Source: Candidatus Binatota bacterium
Lineage (GTDB): Bacteria > Desulfobacterota > Binatia > UBA1149 > CAITLU01
Assembly: GCA_024276575.1 (NCBI GenBank)
Contig: JAJRWY010000312.1
Location: forward strand, 1,161-65,160
DNA: 64,000 nt
Direction of reading: 5' to 3'
Shown here: positions 18,878 to 29,375 of the stretch, piece by piece
Numbering within the stretch: position 1 is the stretch's first letter
How the letters are laid out: each line of letters begins with the position of its first letter
Program-made: the position numbers and the translations under genes
The notes under the pieces: generated by a model
Told to the model about the DNA's origin: nothing
Database searches by the model: none
Seen by the model: only the letters and a program-made list of their open reading frames with translations

Positions 18878-20302
18878 TTGGCGCTAGTCTGCGTGGGGCA
18901 TCCGGCTCTTGTTCATGCTTCGATTAGCCAAGAGAAGAAGATGGGGGAAGAGTTTCTCGCGCAGGCGCGCCTGCAGATCCCCCTGGTTCATGACTACGAG
19001 GTTTTGAGCTTCGTCCGAGAACTCGGAACCCGCTTGGTCGCCACGTTAAAGGATCAGCCTTTCGACTACGAGTTCTTCGTGGTTCGCTCGGACGATATAA
19101 ATGCCTTTGCGGTGCCGGGAGGAAAGATATTTTTTAATGCGGGGCTTATTGCGAGAGTCGAGAGCGAAGACGAGTTGGCTGGTGTCATGGGCCATGAAAT
19201 CGCCCACTCTCATGCTCACCACATAGTTCGGCAAGAGCAAAAGAGTGCCCCAACCAACTATGCAGCTCTGCTCGGCATGCTGCTCACCGTCATTCACCCG
19301 GCACTTGGTGTCGCCGCCCTGTCGGCGGCCAACGCACAAACGCTGAAATATCAGCGTGATTTCGAACGCGAAGCGGATTTCCTGGGAGTCGGCTATGCGC
19401 GCGCAGCCGGTTTCGAAGAGGAGGCTATAATGCACTTGCTTCGCAAGTTGTTTGCGGAGCAGCAACTCAATCCCACGCTTGTTCCTCCCTATTTGAGTTC
19501 GCACCCCTTGACCGGCGAGCGTTTGAGCAACTTGGAGGCGGTGCTGGGGAATAACGAGTGGACGGGTAAGAAACTCGAGCGAAGTTACCGGCTGAAGCGT
19601 GTGCAGGCCATCGTGCGTGGGTTGTCTCAGCGTCGTGAGCAGGTAGTGCCTGAGTTTGAAAGAATGCTCGAGAGCGCCTCTGCGACCGAACGCCCCCTAG
19701 CGCTGGAACTCATGGGAATAATGATGACCCATGGCGAGGACTATGCGCTTGCACGGCCCTACCTCGAACAGGCGCGAGACGCCGGACGTAACGTGGATAG
19801 AGAACTCGGGAGAGTCTATGCACGGCTGGGAATGTCGGAGAAGGCGCTCGAGTATCTGCAGAGGGCTGCCGAGGCGCACCCGGACGATTGGAACGTTTTG
19901 GCGGACCTTGGACGCACGGAGTACCAACTCAAAGACTACGAGGGTGCGAAAGAACACCTGGAGAAGTCGGTACGTTTGTATCCCTACCTGCCGGAGGTGT
20001 TGCGTACTCTGGGAAGAGGGCTTGGAGCCTCGGATCAGGAAGGCGAGGGCTTCTACCGGTTCGGCCAGGCCTCGGAGTTGGAAGGGCATCTGGCGCAGGC
20101 GCACTATTACTACACGAAGGCGCTGGAAACATTGCCCGAAGATCATCCGTTGCGCAAGGAACTCTCCACGCACATGACGGAAGTAGAGGAAGAGGTGGGG
20201 GAAACGGAACCGGTCCCGCATCCGCGCCGCAGGGGAGACCCACCGCGTGACCCCCGCCGCGGGAGGTTCCGGCCTCAGGAAATAGGGCCGGGTATTCAAT
20301 GA
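18878..20302 (+). CDS. M48 family metallopeptidase with C-terminal TPR repeats (BepA/YfgC-like)
   Basis: HEIAHSHAHH zinc motif (HExxH) followed by TPR repeats. Confidence 0.8.
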   Translation: MALVCVGHPALVHASISQEKKMGEEFLAQARLQIPLVHDYEVLSFVRELGTRLVATLKDQPFDYEFFVVRSDDINAFAVPGGKIFFNAGLIARVESEDELAGVMGHEIAHSHAHHIVRQEQKSAPTNYAALLGMLLTVIHPALGVAALSAANAQTLKYQRDFEREADFLGVGYARAAGFEEEAIMHLLRKLFAEQQLNPTLVPPYLSSHPLTGERLSNLEAVLGNNEWTGKKLERSYRLKRVQAIVRGLSQRREQVVPEFERMLESASATERPLALELMGIMMTHGEDYALARPYLEQARDAGRNVDRELGRVYARLGMSEKALEYLQRAAEAHPDDWNVLADLGRTEYQLKDYEGAKEHLEKSVRLYPYLPEVLRTLGRGLGASDQEGEGFYRFGQASELEGHLAQAHYYYTKALETLPEDHPLRKELSTHMTEVEEEVGETEPVPHPRRRGDPPRDPRRGRFRPQEIGPGIQ

Positions 20303-21333
20303 CCTCTTTGTTAAGTGAGCGGGTGGCGCGCATGAAGGGCTACGTTCCGGGAGAGCAGCCCCGCGCAGGCACGCTACTGAAGCTCAACACCAACGAAAAT
20401 CCGTATCCTCCTTCGCCGCGGGTTCTGCGGGCGGTGGGGGAGGCCGCCTCTCGAGACCTACGCTTATACCCCTCGGCGCGCGCCGACGAACTGCGCGAGG
20501 CGGCGGCTCAATGTTACGGATGTAGGCCGGAGCAGGTATTGGCAGCCAATGGATCGGACGAAATTCTGGCGCTGTGCCTGAGAGCCTGTGTCAGTGAAGG
20601 TGACGTGGTGGCCTTCCCGCGGCCCACGTACTCGCTTTACCCGACTTTGGCTGAGGCAGCCGGTGCCAGCATCGTCGAGGTTCCCGCTTTGCCCGGCGAG
20701 ATCCCGGCCGGCCTGCTCGAGGCCGGCGCCGCGGTTACTTTTCTGTGCAGTCCCAACTCTCCGAGCGGTGCGAGCCTGCAACTACAGGAAATATCGCGCT
20801 TCGCCCAGGCGGCGGGTGGCCTCGTGGTGGTCGATGAAGCCTACGTCGATTTTGCTTCGCACAGCGCCTTGGAGATTCTCGACCGGCATTCGAACCTGCT
20901 GGTAAGCAGGTCTTTTTCCAAGTCTTTCTCGATGGCCGGAGTAAGGCTAGGGCTTGGCTTCGCCGCTCCGGATCTGATCGAGGGGCTGAACCGGGTAAAG
21001 GATTCCTACAATGTTTCGCGTTTGGCGGCAGCGGCCGGTGTGGCTGCCCTGGCCGACTATCGCTGGATGCGTGACAGCGCTGCCAAGGTTTGTGCCACCC
21101 GGGATCGTACGATCTCCCGGCTTCGCCAGGCCGGTTGGCAGGCGGCCGACTCCGATGCAAATTTTTTCTGGCTGGACTGCGGCGGGGAAGGGGGGCTGAG
21201 CGTTTACCGGCGCCTGCGTGACGGCGGGGTTTTGGTTCGCTACTTCAACACAGAAGAACTTCGCGGGGGTGTACGTGTTAGCGTCGGTACGGATGAGCAG
21301 ATGGAGCGTTTCTTGGCAGTACTCGGAGTGTGA
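20299..21333 (+). CDS. hisC: Histidinol-phosphate aminotransferase
   Basis: PLP-lysine region SFSKSFSMAGVRLG and NTNENPYPPSP near the N-terminus. Confidence 0.9.
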   Translation: MTSLLSERVARMKGYVPGEQPRAGTLLKLNTNENPYPPSPRVLRAVGEAASRDLRLYPSARADELREAAAQCYGCRPEQVLAANGSDEILALCLRACVSEGDVVAFPRPTYSLYPTLAEAAGASIVEVPALPGEIPAGLLEAGAAVTFLCSPNSPSGASLQLQEISRFAQAAGGLVVVDEAYVDFASHSALEILDRHSNLLVSRSFSKSFSMAGVRLGLGFAAPDLIEGLNRVKDSYNVSRLAAAAGVAALADYRWMRDSAAKVCATRDRTISRLRQAGWQAADSDANFFWLDCGGEGGLSVYRRLRDGGVLVRYFNTEELRGGVRVSVGTDEQMERFLAVLGV

Positions 21334-21479
21334 GCGGCGCGTGCTCTAGCTTGGACCGCTCACAAGACGGCGCGCTGCGGAGTCTGATAAAGGCTGATGC
21401 TATCTCGAACCGTACGCCGCTCGCCGGGTAGAGGCTCACCTTTGGAGTTTCCGTTGCGAGCTTTCACGAACGGTTCAAG

Positions 21480-22952
21480 TCAATCGCTCTGTGTCTTTGC
21501 GGATGCAGCGCCGGAGCTGGGGTCCGTTTTCGCGGCAGTGGCCTGAGGAGCTGCTTCGAGGAAGTCGTCCGGCTTGAAATCCAAGCGAGAGAATAAATGA
21601 CCGCCTCCTGACATGATGGTGGGGCTGCCCGCACGCTTGAAGTAATACACGGGTTGTTCGGCGCCGGGGTCCGGGGAGCCTGCCGATGCGGCGGCGCATA
21701 CATTGCCTTCGCTGTCGGCGACGCTCACCTCGACCAGGGGCCGGTATAGGCCGAAACGTTTCAGGGCCTCCGCTTCGTTGCCCTCGTCGCTCACGATATG
21801 CTCGGCCTGCAAGCGGGCAAGACCGCTACGCACTCGCAGCGGTGCCGCCTGTTTTAGCTTGCGCTGCTGCGGCGGGTCTATGGACCAGTTCCCATCACTG
21901 TCTTCTCGAAGGACGAAGGCGGTAGATGAACTTGGCCGGAAGCGCAACTCTTTTACGGTGTCGAAGTCGCAGCGAAAAACGGATTTGTCTCTCATCTCAT
22001 TGGGGTCTTTGGTGAAGATCCGTACGGAGCTGTTGGCAACCTTTGCGATCTGCCCGTCGCCGAGCCGTCTTAGGTAGTGGCCGCTCGGTTGTTCCTCGGC
22101 GACGTCGCTCATCGCGAAACCACGGCGCTCCCCACCTTTTAACTCCACCGTTACTTCGAGAACGGGTTTATCGAGACCGAGTTCGGCAAGATCAGGTTCG
22201 TAGCCATCGGTGCCGGGATCCACGAAGGCCATAGCGCGCAAGGCGTTGATCGAGGAGACTAGAGATCTAAGTCCCGACGAATCCGCCAGATCTCTGATGG
22301 GCGCCACCATGTTCCAAGTATCCCCATTGCGCTGGAAACGCACCTCGCGATCCTTTCCCCGTAGGTTGAGACTCAGGGCTTTGTCGAAGTCGATATCGAA
22401 AAGACTCTTGTCTCGTAAGTCGAAGAGCGTTTTCTTGACTCCGGAGTGAAACAATAGCGGCGTAACCACCACCTCGTCGCTGTCTTCGAGCCTAGCGAAA
22501 GCCGAGAAGCCTACGGGGGTGGTGCGCCCGACTATAATGGCCGGCAGTTCCTGGCCGTCTTTCAAACCGAACTGTATGCGGGCCTGTGTCCCGTCGCCCT
22601 CGAGCCCGTAGCTCGAAAGCTCCAAAGTCTCGCCAGCGTCCAGGCGTCGCTGAAGTTCGAGGTCAGCGGCAGCTTTGACCAAGTTGTTTACGGTTCGCTG
22701 TTCAGCGGGGTATTCCAGCGGAGCTTCGATCTGCCATTTTCCAGCCTTTCGCCTTATCAAAATCGGCTCAGCGTCCGGATACGAAAGACGTATAGTATCG
22801 ACGTCCTCAGCCGCGAAATTCAGCAATTTGTCCGGCGCCGCTTCTGCCTCCATCTTCGGCCGTTCGACGAAATAAATATATGCGCCGAAGATCAAAGACA
22901 GGGCGGTGGCCAGAATCGCCTTCCACGGTTTCACAACGAGGAGCGCCTCCAC
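21480..22952 (-). CDS. DUF4340-like protein with N-terminal membrane anchor, partner of the GldG-like ABC accessory protein
   Basis: N-terminal TM followed by a large soluble domain. Position immediately downstream of a gldG-like gene is typical of DUF4340. Confidence 0.55.
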   Translation of the reverse strand: MEALLVVKPWKAILATALSLIFGAYIYFVERPKMEAEAAPDKLLNFAAEDVDTIRLSYPDAEPILIRRKAGKWQIEAPLEYPAEQRTVNNLVKAAADLELQRRLDAGETLELSSYGLEGDGTQARIQFGLKDGQELPAIIVGRTTPVGFSAFARLEDSDEVVVTPLLFHSGVKKTLFDLRDKSLFDIDFDKALSLNLRGKDREVRFQRNGDTWNMVAPIRDLADSSGLRSLVSSINALRAMAFVDPGTDGYEPDLAELGLDKPVLEVTVELKGGERRGFAMSDVAEEQPSGHYLRRLGDGQIAKVANSSVRIFTKDPNEMRDKSVFRCDFDTVKELRFRPSSSTAFVLREDSDGNWSIDPPQQRKLKQAAPLRVRSGLARLQAEHIVSDEGNEAEALKRFGLYRPLVEVSVADSEGNVCAAASAGSPDPGAEQPVYYFKRAGSPTIMSGGGHLFSRLDFKPDDFLEAAPQATAAKTDPSSGAASAKTQSD

Positions 22953-24505
22953 CAGACCGCAATGCCGGCCAACAGTATCAGTTCAGGTAAGACCAGCACC
23001 GACAAGTAAAAGACAGTGCGTGCTTGATCAGGTTCGAGATAGGCTCGCGACGCCCGGATTGCGCGCGGACCTATTGATATCAGTTGATCCTCACCCGCAA
23101 GCCAAGCCACTACGCTCAAGGCGAGGTCTCCGTTGAAAAGCTGCCTGATATAACGGTTGCTGACGAAACTCGCATCGCCGAAAACCGCGAAACGCATCTC
23201 ACTGTCTTGCTCTTGGCCGAAAGTTCCCGGGGGGGCGCTACCCGCCGCCGCTAACGGTACGGGGCCTTTCTTGTCGTTCTCGTCAAGTTCCGCTTCACCG
23301 GCCTCGAAGACGCGCGCGACATCGGTCTCGGCCCAACTCGATTCGGCGGTGAAAGCCAGCGGTTTCAACGTGATGCCAGGTCTCGGATCGGAAGCCATCG
23401 ATATCGACCGTGCTACCGAGAATAGTGTGCGGTTCTTGATCGGCGACACCGCCGGATGGTCCGTGTAGTGGCTGACCACCGGATCGGTGCCGAGCGTCAT
23501 ACCTTCGAACAGACGCATTTGGCGGTCGAGAATGAGATCGTCGCCAGGGAAAATCCCAAAGGCTCCAAGAACTCCGTTGAGTTCGGCACTCTTTTGCGGT
23601 TCCAGCAGGAACAACACATGCCCGCCTTCTTCCATGTAGCTGCCGATCATCTTCAACTCAGCGGGAAAGTACTCACGGTCGGCCGCACTGACTATCAGCA
23701 AGTCTGCATCGTCCGGGATCGCGCCCGCCTCGGCGGGAAATACAGAGGCTACCTCATAGTTCTGTCCGCGCAGATCAGTCGCAAACAGTCCAAGGCCCGC
23801 AGGGCTTTCGCTGTCGTCGATAGCGCCTTCTCCGTGGCCTTCAACGAAATAGATCTTCTTTTGTGTGTCCGCGGTTACGCGGTTGATACCGTTGGTTATC
23901 GATTCCTCGTCGATCTTCCTTACTACCGTAGACCGCTCGCCCTTCTTGATCTTTAGCGTTGGAACTTGAGTGACCATCTCTCGTTGGGCTAGTTCGGGGT
24001 TTACCTGAGGGTCGATGATCCGGAATTTTAGACGGTCGCTGTGGTAGTCATAGATGTCGATTACTTCACGCAAGAACTGCTCGTCGCGTGGGTCTACGAA
24101 GGCCAGGATTTCCACGTCGCCATCCAGTCGCGACAGCACCTCCCGGGATTGCTGCGAAAGGCTGTTGACTGCCGAGGCCGTCATGTCGAAGCGCTTGTGG
24201 TAGCGTACTCCCATGAAATTGGCCATTGCTATTATCGCGACAAAAGCCAGTGAGTATATCGCTGCGTTCACTCCGTAGCGCGTTGAGCGTGCTTTGGCGA
24301 AAGCAGTGATCGATCCGCTGCCAGCCCAAAAGTACCAAATCAATGCCGCGACGCCGGCGATCAGATGGGCGCCGGCGTACCAGCCGATACTTAAATATCC
24401 GGCGCGTGGATCGTAGGTCATCCAATGTTCGAGCAGTGCGAAGACGATGAAGACCAGCCCGACGATGCCCAGTATTGGAGTGCGCCTGCCCATGCTTACT
24501 TCCAC
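22931..24505 (-). CDS. GldG-like ABC-type uncharacterised transport system auxiliary protein
   Basis: TM helices at the N and C termini flanking a large extracytoplasmic domain. Adjacent to ABC-2 permease and ATPase genes, matching the gldAFG arrangement. Confidence 0.65.
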   Translation of the reverse strand: MEVSMGRRTPILGIVGLVFIVFALLEHWMTYDPRAGYLSIGWYAGAHLIAGVAALIWYFWAGSGSITAFAKARSTRYGVNAAIYSLAFVAIIAMANFMGVRYHKRFDMTASAVNSLSQQSREVLSRLDGDVEILAFVDPRDEQFLREVIDIYDYHSDRLKFRIIDPQVNPELAQREMVTQVPTLKIKKGERSTVVRKIDEESITNGINRVTADTQKKIYFVEGHGEGAIDDSESPAGLGLFATDLRGQNYEVASVFPAEAGAIPDDADLLIVSAADREYFPAELKMIGSYMEEGGHVLFLLEPQKSAELNGVLGAFGIFPGDDLILDRQMRLFEGMTLGTDPVVSHYTDHPAVSPIKNRTLFSVARSISMASDPRPGITLKPLAFTAESSWAETDVARVFEAGEAELDENDKKGPVPLAAAGSAPPGTFGQEQDSEMRFAVFGDASFVSNRYIRQLFNGDLALSVVAWLAGEDQLISIGPRAIRASRAYLEPDQARTVFYLSVLVLPELILLAGIAVWWRRSSL

Positions 24506-25266
24506 CGTGCGGCTTCAACCGCCCTATGAGTCAGAAAAAGGAACAACGATGTGAGGCTCGCGAAGTACAGCAGGTCTGCTGTGTCGATCACTCCTTTGAC
24601 CATGTTGCGGAAATGTTCGGTTACCGACAGGTAGTTGAGAACGGCCTTCATCGTTTCTCCCGCACCTTCAGCCGGCCAGTTGATGACGAACAGCAGCAGT
24701 AGAATTACCAGCGAGGTGATGGTCGCGATTATCTGGTTAGAAGTCAGCGCCGAGGTAAAGTTGCCAACCGCGACGAAAGACAACGCCATCAAGTAAAGCC
24801 CCAGGTATCCGCTGAAGATGAGCCCCATCTCCGGGTTCCCGTAAACACTGACTACTGCGGGGAAGACCAGGGTGATAGCCAACATCAACGTCACCAGTGC
24901 GGCGCCGGCCAAGAACTTTCCGCCCACGATCTCGGCTACGGAAAGCGGGGAGGTAAACAGCAATTCGTAAGTGCCGGAACTGCGCTCTTCGGCGAAACTG
25001 CGCATGGTTATCATCGGACTTACGATCAGCAACACCGTCGACATGTTCTGCAACAGAGGCCCAATTACGGCATCGTTCAAATTCAACCAGGTGGTGTCCA
25101 TGCCTTGTAGCATAGAGTATTGGGCCACCAGCCGGTTGAATTGCCCGAGTAGGTTGAAGAAGAACCACCCCGACAGCAGCAGGAAGCCGGTAAGCACCAC
25201 GTAAGCGATCGGTGAAACGAAAACCGAACGGAGATCCCGCCAAGCTATGGTCAGCAGGTTACGCAT
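24496..25266 (-). CDS. ABC-2 type transporter permease (GldF-like)
   Basis: Six-TM ABC-2 permease. The ATG at 25264-25266 (MRNLLTIAWRDL) sits 2 nt after the ATPase stop. The track ORF extends to 25320. Confidence 0.7.
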   Translation of the reverse strand: MRNLLTIAWRDLRSVFVSPIAYVVLTGFLLLSGWFFFNLLGQFNRLVAQYSMLQGMDTTWLNLNDAVIGPLLQNMSTVLLIVSPMITMRSFAEERSSGTYELLFTSPLSVAEIVGGKFLAGAALVTLMLAITLVFPAVVSVYGNPEMGLIFSGYLGLYLMALSFVAVGNFTSALTSNQIIATITSLVILLLLFVINWPAEGAGETMKAVLNYLSVTEHFRNMVKGVIDTADLLYFASLTSLFLFLTHRAVEAARWK

Positions 25267-26086
25267 CTGCGCTACCTCGCTCATCTCTAGCCCTGTCCAC
25301 GGCCTTCCCTTCTCCGGCATTCCCCGCCGCGGTAGCGGAAGTCCTCCCGGATCCTCCAGTGACGCCTCTGCTTTGCGCGCTGTCGCGGCCGACGTGGCGC
25401 AGGTATTCCTGCTCGAGGCTGCCGTGGCTGGTCAAATCGGCGATGTCGGTCTCCAGCGCGACGCGGCCTTCGTTGATTATGACCACTCGCTGACAGATCT
25501 GAGCGACCTCGGGAAGTATGTGCGTTGACAGGATGACTGTACGCTCGGCGGTCAAGCCTTTGATCAACTCGCGTATTTCTATGATTTGAGCAGGATCCAG
25601 CCCGATGGTCGGTTCATCGAGAATCAGTACCGCAGGCTCATGGATCAGCGCTTGCGCGAGGCCTACACGTTGCCGGTAGCCCTTGGAGAGATGCCCGCAC
25701 AACCGGCCGGCTACTGCTTCGAGTCCACATTCCGAAACTACCCGCTCCGTGGCTTGGCGAATCTGCTTGCGGGCGACGCCTTTGAGCTTGGCGACATGTT
25801 GCAAGTAACGGTCCACCTTCATTTCCAGGTATAGGGGCGGAGTTTCCGGTAGATAGCCGATGCGGCGGCGTACCTCGAAGGAATCGTCGAAGACGTCGAA
25901 GCCGTCGACGGTTACCGTACCTTCCGTAGCCGGCATGAAGCCGGTGATGATGCGCATGGTGGTGGTGTTTCCGGCCCCGTTGGGCCCGAGAAAGCCGGTT
26001 GCCTGCCCGGTTTTCGCCTGGAAACTGACGCCGGATACAGCGGTGACCGATCCGTAACTCTTACTCAGGTTCTTTACGTCTATCAT
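25259..26086 (-). CDS. ABC transporter ATP-binding protein (GldA-like)
   Basis: N-terminus MIDVKNLSKSYG, Walker A GPNGAGNTTTMR, ABC signature LSKGYRQRVGLA and Walker B ILDEPT. The track ORF's 94-aa N-terminal extension was rejected. Confidence 0.85.
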   Translation of the reverse strand: MIDVKNLSKSYGSVTAVSGVSFQAKTGQATGFLGPNGAGNTTTMRIITGFMPATEGTVTVDGFDVFDDSFEVRRRIGYLPETPPLYLEMKVDRYLQHVAKLKGVARKQIRQATERVVSECGLEAVAGRLCGHLSKGYRQRVGLAQALIHEPAVLILDEPTIGLDPAQIIEIRELIKGLTAERTVILSTHILPEVAQICQRVVIINEGRVALETDIADLTSHGSLEQEYLRHVGRDSAQSRGVTGGSGRTSATAAGNAGEGKAVDRARDERGSADA

Positions 26087-26357
26087 TTCTTGCGCGAAGG
26101 TGGCGTCGCGTCTTGATGCAACCGTCTTAGCACAAGCAAGGTGGCTGTCAAGAAAACGCGGCGACGGCGAATATAGCGACGGCGAACGCAGGGCAGGCGA
26201 ACGAAGGGGAAGTAAACTCAGCGGCGGTAAGTGGAGTCGCAGAAAGCGCAACGCCGGCACCGAACCCGGCCTCGGCACAATCGAATCCGCTTTTGATCCT
26301 CGCGGGTGCCACGCAGCCCCGGTTGCAATTGGCAATATACTGCCCGAGTGTGGCAAG

Positions 26358-29174
26358 GTGAGCGGCAACCCCGGCAGCCCGGTTTACCTGATCGACGTCA
26401 GTTTTTTCGTTTTTCGGGCCTACCACGCGTTGCCTCCGTTGAACACCTCATCGGGGCAGGCTACCAATGCGGTTCACGGGGTCGCGACCATGCTCGAGCG
26501 GCTGCTGCGCTCGGAAAGGCCCATCTATGTCGGAGCCTGCTTCGATTCTTCCGGCGACACCTTCCGCCATGAAATCTACCCCGACTACAAAGCCAACCGC
26601 GACGAACCCGATGAAGATTTGAAGCTTCAGTTCCCGTTGGTACGGCGCCTGATTCGCGCGATGAACATAACGTGTTTCGAGCACGCGGGCGCTGAAGCCG
26701 ACGATATTCTCGCGACTCTGGCGCTGCGTTGCTCGCGGGCCGGGCATAGTGTGGTGATCGTCACCGGGGACAAGGATCTCATGCAGTGTGTCAGTGACCG
26801 GGTCTCTCTGTCGGATCCGGTCAAGGGGCGGCGGGTCGGCAAGCCTCAGGTTCTGGAGAAGTTCGGTGTGGCTCCGGAGAGTGTTCCCGATGTGCTCGGT
26901 TTGATGGGGGATTCTTCCGACAATATTCCGGGTATCAAGGGTATAGGGCCAAAGAGTGCGGCGGTATTGATGGCCCATTTCGGATCTTTGGAGCAAATGT
27001 ACGAAAGGCTCGATGAGATTGAGTCGCTTTCTCTTCGCGGCGCCAAGGCGGTGCGCAAGAAGATCGAAGAAGGCCGGGCCATGGCCTTGCTGTGCCGCCG
27101 TCTGGCGACCGTCGACTACGAAATACCGGTGGATGCGGAACTCGAAGATCTACGCCTCTGTAAGCTCTCGAGCCCTGAACTCGAGGCTTTGGCTGAAGAA
27201 CTGGAGATGAGAAAGCTGCCGGTTCGCATGCGGGAGTTGGCGAGCAACCTAGGGCTCGAGATCGACAGTGGTGGTGTGGACCGTGAAGGCCATGGCGAGG
27301 CGGCGATCGAGAAGGATGGTGAAGTGCCGGGCAGATCCGCGAGTCCGGACGCAAAGATGCCTAAGCGGTCCGGGAACGGAGCTGAGGATCTCGGATTCGC
27401 GAATTCAGGGTCCGGTGAGGCTACGGGGTCAGGGATAGAGACCGGGGCTACCAGGGACCTTTTTACGACAGTTACAGATGCCGCGCAGCTGCGGAGCTGG
27501 GGAGATTGGCGGGCCATGGCCGGCGCCAGGGTCTACGTTGTTTTGATCACCGGCGGAGATTCCGCTCCCGGCCCGGCCGTACTGGCTGTCGGCCGTCCGG
27601 CGGGTGGGGAAGGGGAGTTCTTCGAGTCGGCCCTCCTGGTTGGCGAGGCGGTCCTGACACAGTGCCTGTCCGCCTACGCGGAAGCGGAAACAGATTTGGT
27701 TGGAGTGGATATCAAGGGCCTGTGCCGTGATTTCTCGGCGCGGCCGGGAAGCGACGGCCTCGATCTGGGAGTCGCTTCGTATCTGATCGACGCTTCAGCC
27801 GGGGATCACGGCCGCGAAGACATGGCCCGCCGCTTGCTCGGCGAAGAAGCTGTCGCGCTCGAAGCACGGCCTGATGCGGTCGAAGCCGCGCTTGCACAAT
27901 TACGTAGGCTCGAGTCGCGCGTGCTCGAATTGCTGAAGGAGCGTGAACAGACAAAGCTCTACCGAGAGCTTGAACACCCACTGCTTTCCTTGCTCGCCGC
28001 CATGGAAGCGCGTGGCATAATGCTCGACGTTGAGGCTCTGCACGCGATGTCGCGGGATCTGGAAGCAAGCATGGCCGAGTTGGTGGGCCGGGTCTATGAA
28101 GCCGCGGGTTGTGAATTCAACATTCTTTCGCCGCTGCAGTTGCGAGAGATCCTGTTCACGCGTCTCGGGCTGCCGAGCAAGGGGATCAAGAAGACCAAGA
28201 GCGGCCCCTCGACCGACAGCGATTCGCTGGCGGCACTGGCCGGCAAGCACCCTCTGCCCGATCTTGTCCTCGAGTACCGCGGTATGGCCAAGCTGAAGTC
28301 GACTTATGTGGACGCGTTGCCGCGCTTGGTCGACGAGCACGGGCGGATTCATACGAGACTCAACCAGACCGTGACTGCCACCGGCCGGCTCAGTTCCAAG
28401 GATCCTAACTTGCAGAACATTCCGGTGAGAACCGAGGAGGGTTCGCGTATAAGGGCGGCCTTCATCGCGCCGCCGGGAAGGCGCTTGGTGTCGGCGGATT
28501 ACAACCAGATAGAATTGAGGGTATTGGCCGAGTTGTCGCGCGACGAGAATCTGATCGCCGCTTTCGAGCAGGGGCTGGATATCCATACTGCGACTGCGGC
28601 CGAGTTGCTCGAGTTGCCGGCTGCGGAGGTGACGCCGGCGATGCGTCGTGAAGCCAAGGTGGTAAATTACGGGATCGTCTATGGTATGGGGCCGTCGCGC
28701 CTGTCACGAGAGCTTGGGATCAGCCGTGCGGCCGCTGCCGACTACATAGAGCGCTACTTCGAACGCTACGCCGGGGTTGCCCGCTACTACGAGCAAATGC
28801 TCGAGAGGGCGCGTGAACAGGGCTACGTATCTACGCTGTTTGGGCGCCGCCGCTATTTGCACGACATAAACAGTTCCCACGGAGGCCTTCGGCAAGCTGC
28901 GGAGAGAGTCGCGACCAACACCACCATTCAGGGTAGTGCCGCCGATTTGATCAAGCGCGCCATGGTCGATCTCGAGGCAGCCCTTGAAGCCAGTGGCGCA
29001 CCCGGCGCGGATCTCATTCTACAAATTCATTACGAGCTGTTACTCGAATGCGACGTGGGGGATGTCGATGCGGTTTCGGCCCTGCTGGTCGAGGTCATGG
29101 AGGGAGTTGCGGACCTCGTTGTTCCCGTTGCGGTCGAGGTGGGTAGCGGAAGCAATTGGGCCGAGGCCCACTGA
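26358..29174 (+). CDS. polA: DNA polymerase I; 3'-5' exonuclease domain appears degenerate and there is a low-complexity insert after the 5' nuclease domain
   Basis: 5'-3' exonuclease N-terminus (YLIDVSFFVFRAYHAL). Pol motifs A (DYNQIELRVLA), B (RREAKVVNYGIVYG) and C (QIHYELL). The Klenow Exo I motif reads VYVVLITGG with no DxE. GTG start chosen at 26358. Confidence 0.9.
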   Translation: MSGNPGSPVYLIDVSFFVFRAYHALPPLNTSSGQATNAVHGVATMLERLLRSERPIYVGACFDSSGDTFRHEIYPDYKANRDEPDEDLKLQFPLVRRLIRAMNITCFEHAGAEADDILATLALRCSRAGHSVVIVTGDKDLMQCVSDRVSLSDPVKGRRVGKPQVLEKFGVAPESVPDVLGLMGDSSDNIPGIKGIGPKSAAVLMAHFGSLEQMYERLDEIESLSLRGAKAVRKKIEEGRAMALLCRRLATVDYEIPVDAELEDLRLCKLSSPELEALAEELEMRKLPVRMRELASNLGLEIDSGGVDREGHGEAAIEKDGEVPGRSASPDAKMPKRSGNGAEDLGFANSGSGEATGSGIETGATRDLFTTVTDAAQLRSWGDWRAMAGARVYVVLITGGDSAPGPAVLAVGRPAGGEGEFFESALLVGEAVLTQCLSAYAEAETDLVGVDIKGLCRDFSARPGSDGLDLGVASYLIDASAGDHGREDMARRLLGEEAVALEARPDAVEAALAQLRRLESRVLELLKEREQTKLYRELEHPLLSLLAAMEARGIMLDVEALHAMSRDLEASMAELVGRVYEAAGCEFNILSPLQLREILFTRLGLPSKGIKKTKSGPSTDSDSLAALAGKHPLPDLVLEYRGMAKLKSTYVDALPRLVDEHGRIHTRLNQTVTATGRLSSKDPNLQNIPVRTEEGSRIRAAFIAPPGRRLVSADYNQIELRVLAELSRDENLIAAFEQGLDIHTATAAELLELPAAEVTPAMRREAKVVNYGIVYGMGPSRLSRELGISRAAAADYIERYFERYAGVARYYEQMLERAREQGYVSTLFGRRRYLHDINSSHGGLRQAAERVATNTTIQGSAADLIKRAMVDLEAALEASGAPGADLILQIHYELLLECDVGDVDAVSALLVEVMEGVADLVVPVAVEVGSGSNWAEAH

Positions 29175-29375
29175 GCAACCCGTTAGTCGTAGTCTCGCGG
29201 TGCTTTGCTGCACTTTCTGACCCTTGGGCGCTTCGTTGGCACCGTCTACGGGTCCGGCTTTGGGATCCGCTGCTGTTTTTTACCAAAGTTATTGGATTGC
29301 ATGGAGTTTCTTCGGCTTTGATGTGAATATGGCGTGATTGGTGGCGTCTACCGCTACTGATATGGAGCTGCATAC

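Noticed and set aside
26100-26357. Upstream extension of the polA ORF
   Set aside because: The extension is Arg/Gly-rich and unlike Pol I. The conserved 5' nuclease domain begins near the GTG at 26358.
25259-26368. 94-aa N-terminal extension of the ABC ATPase ORF
   Set aside because: The extension is Pro/Ser-rich and has no ABC features. The conserved N-terminus MIDVKNLSKSYG begins at the ATG at 26084-26086.
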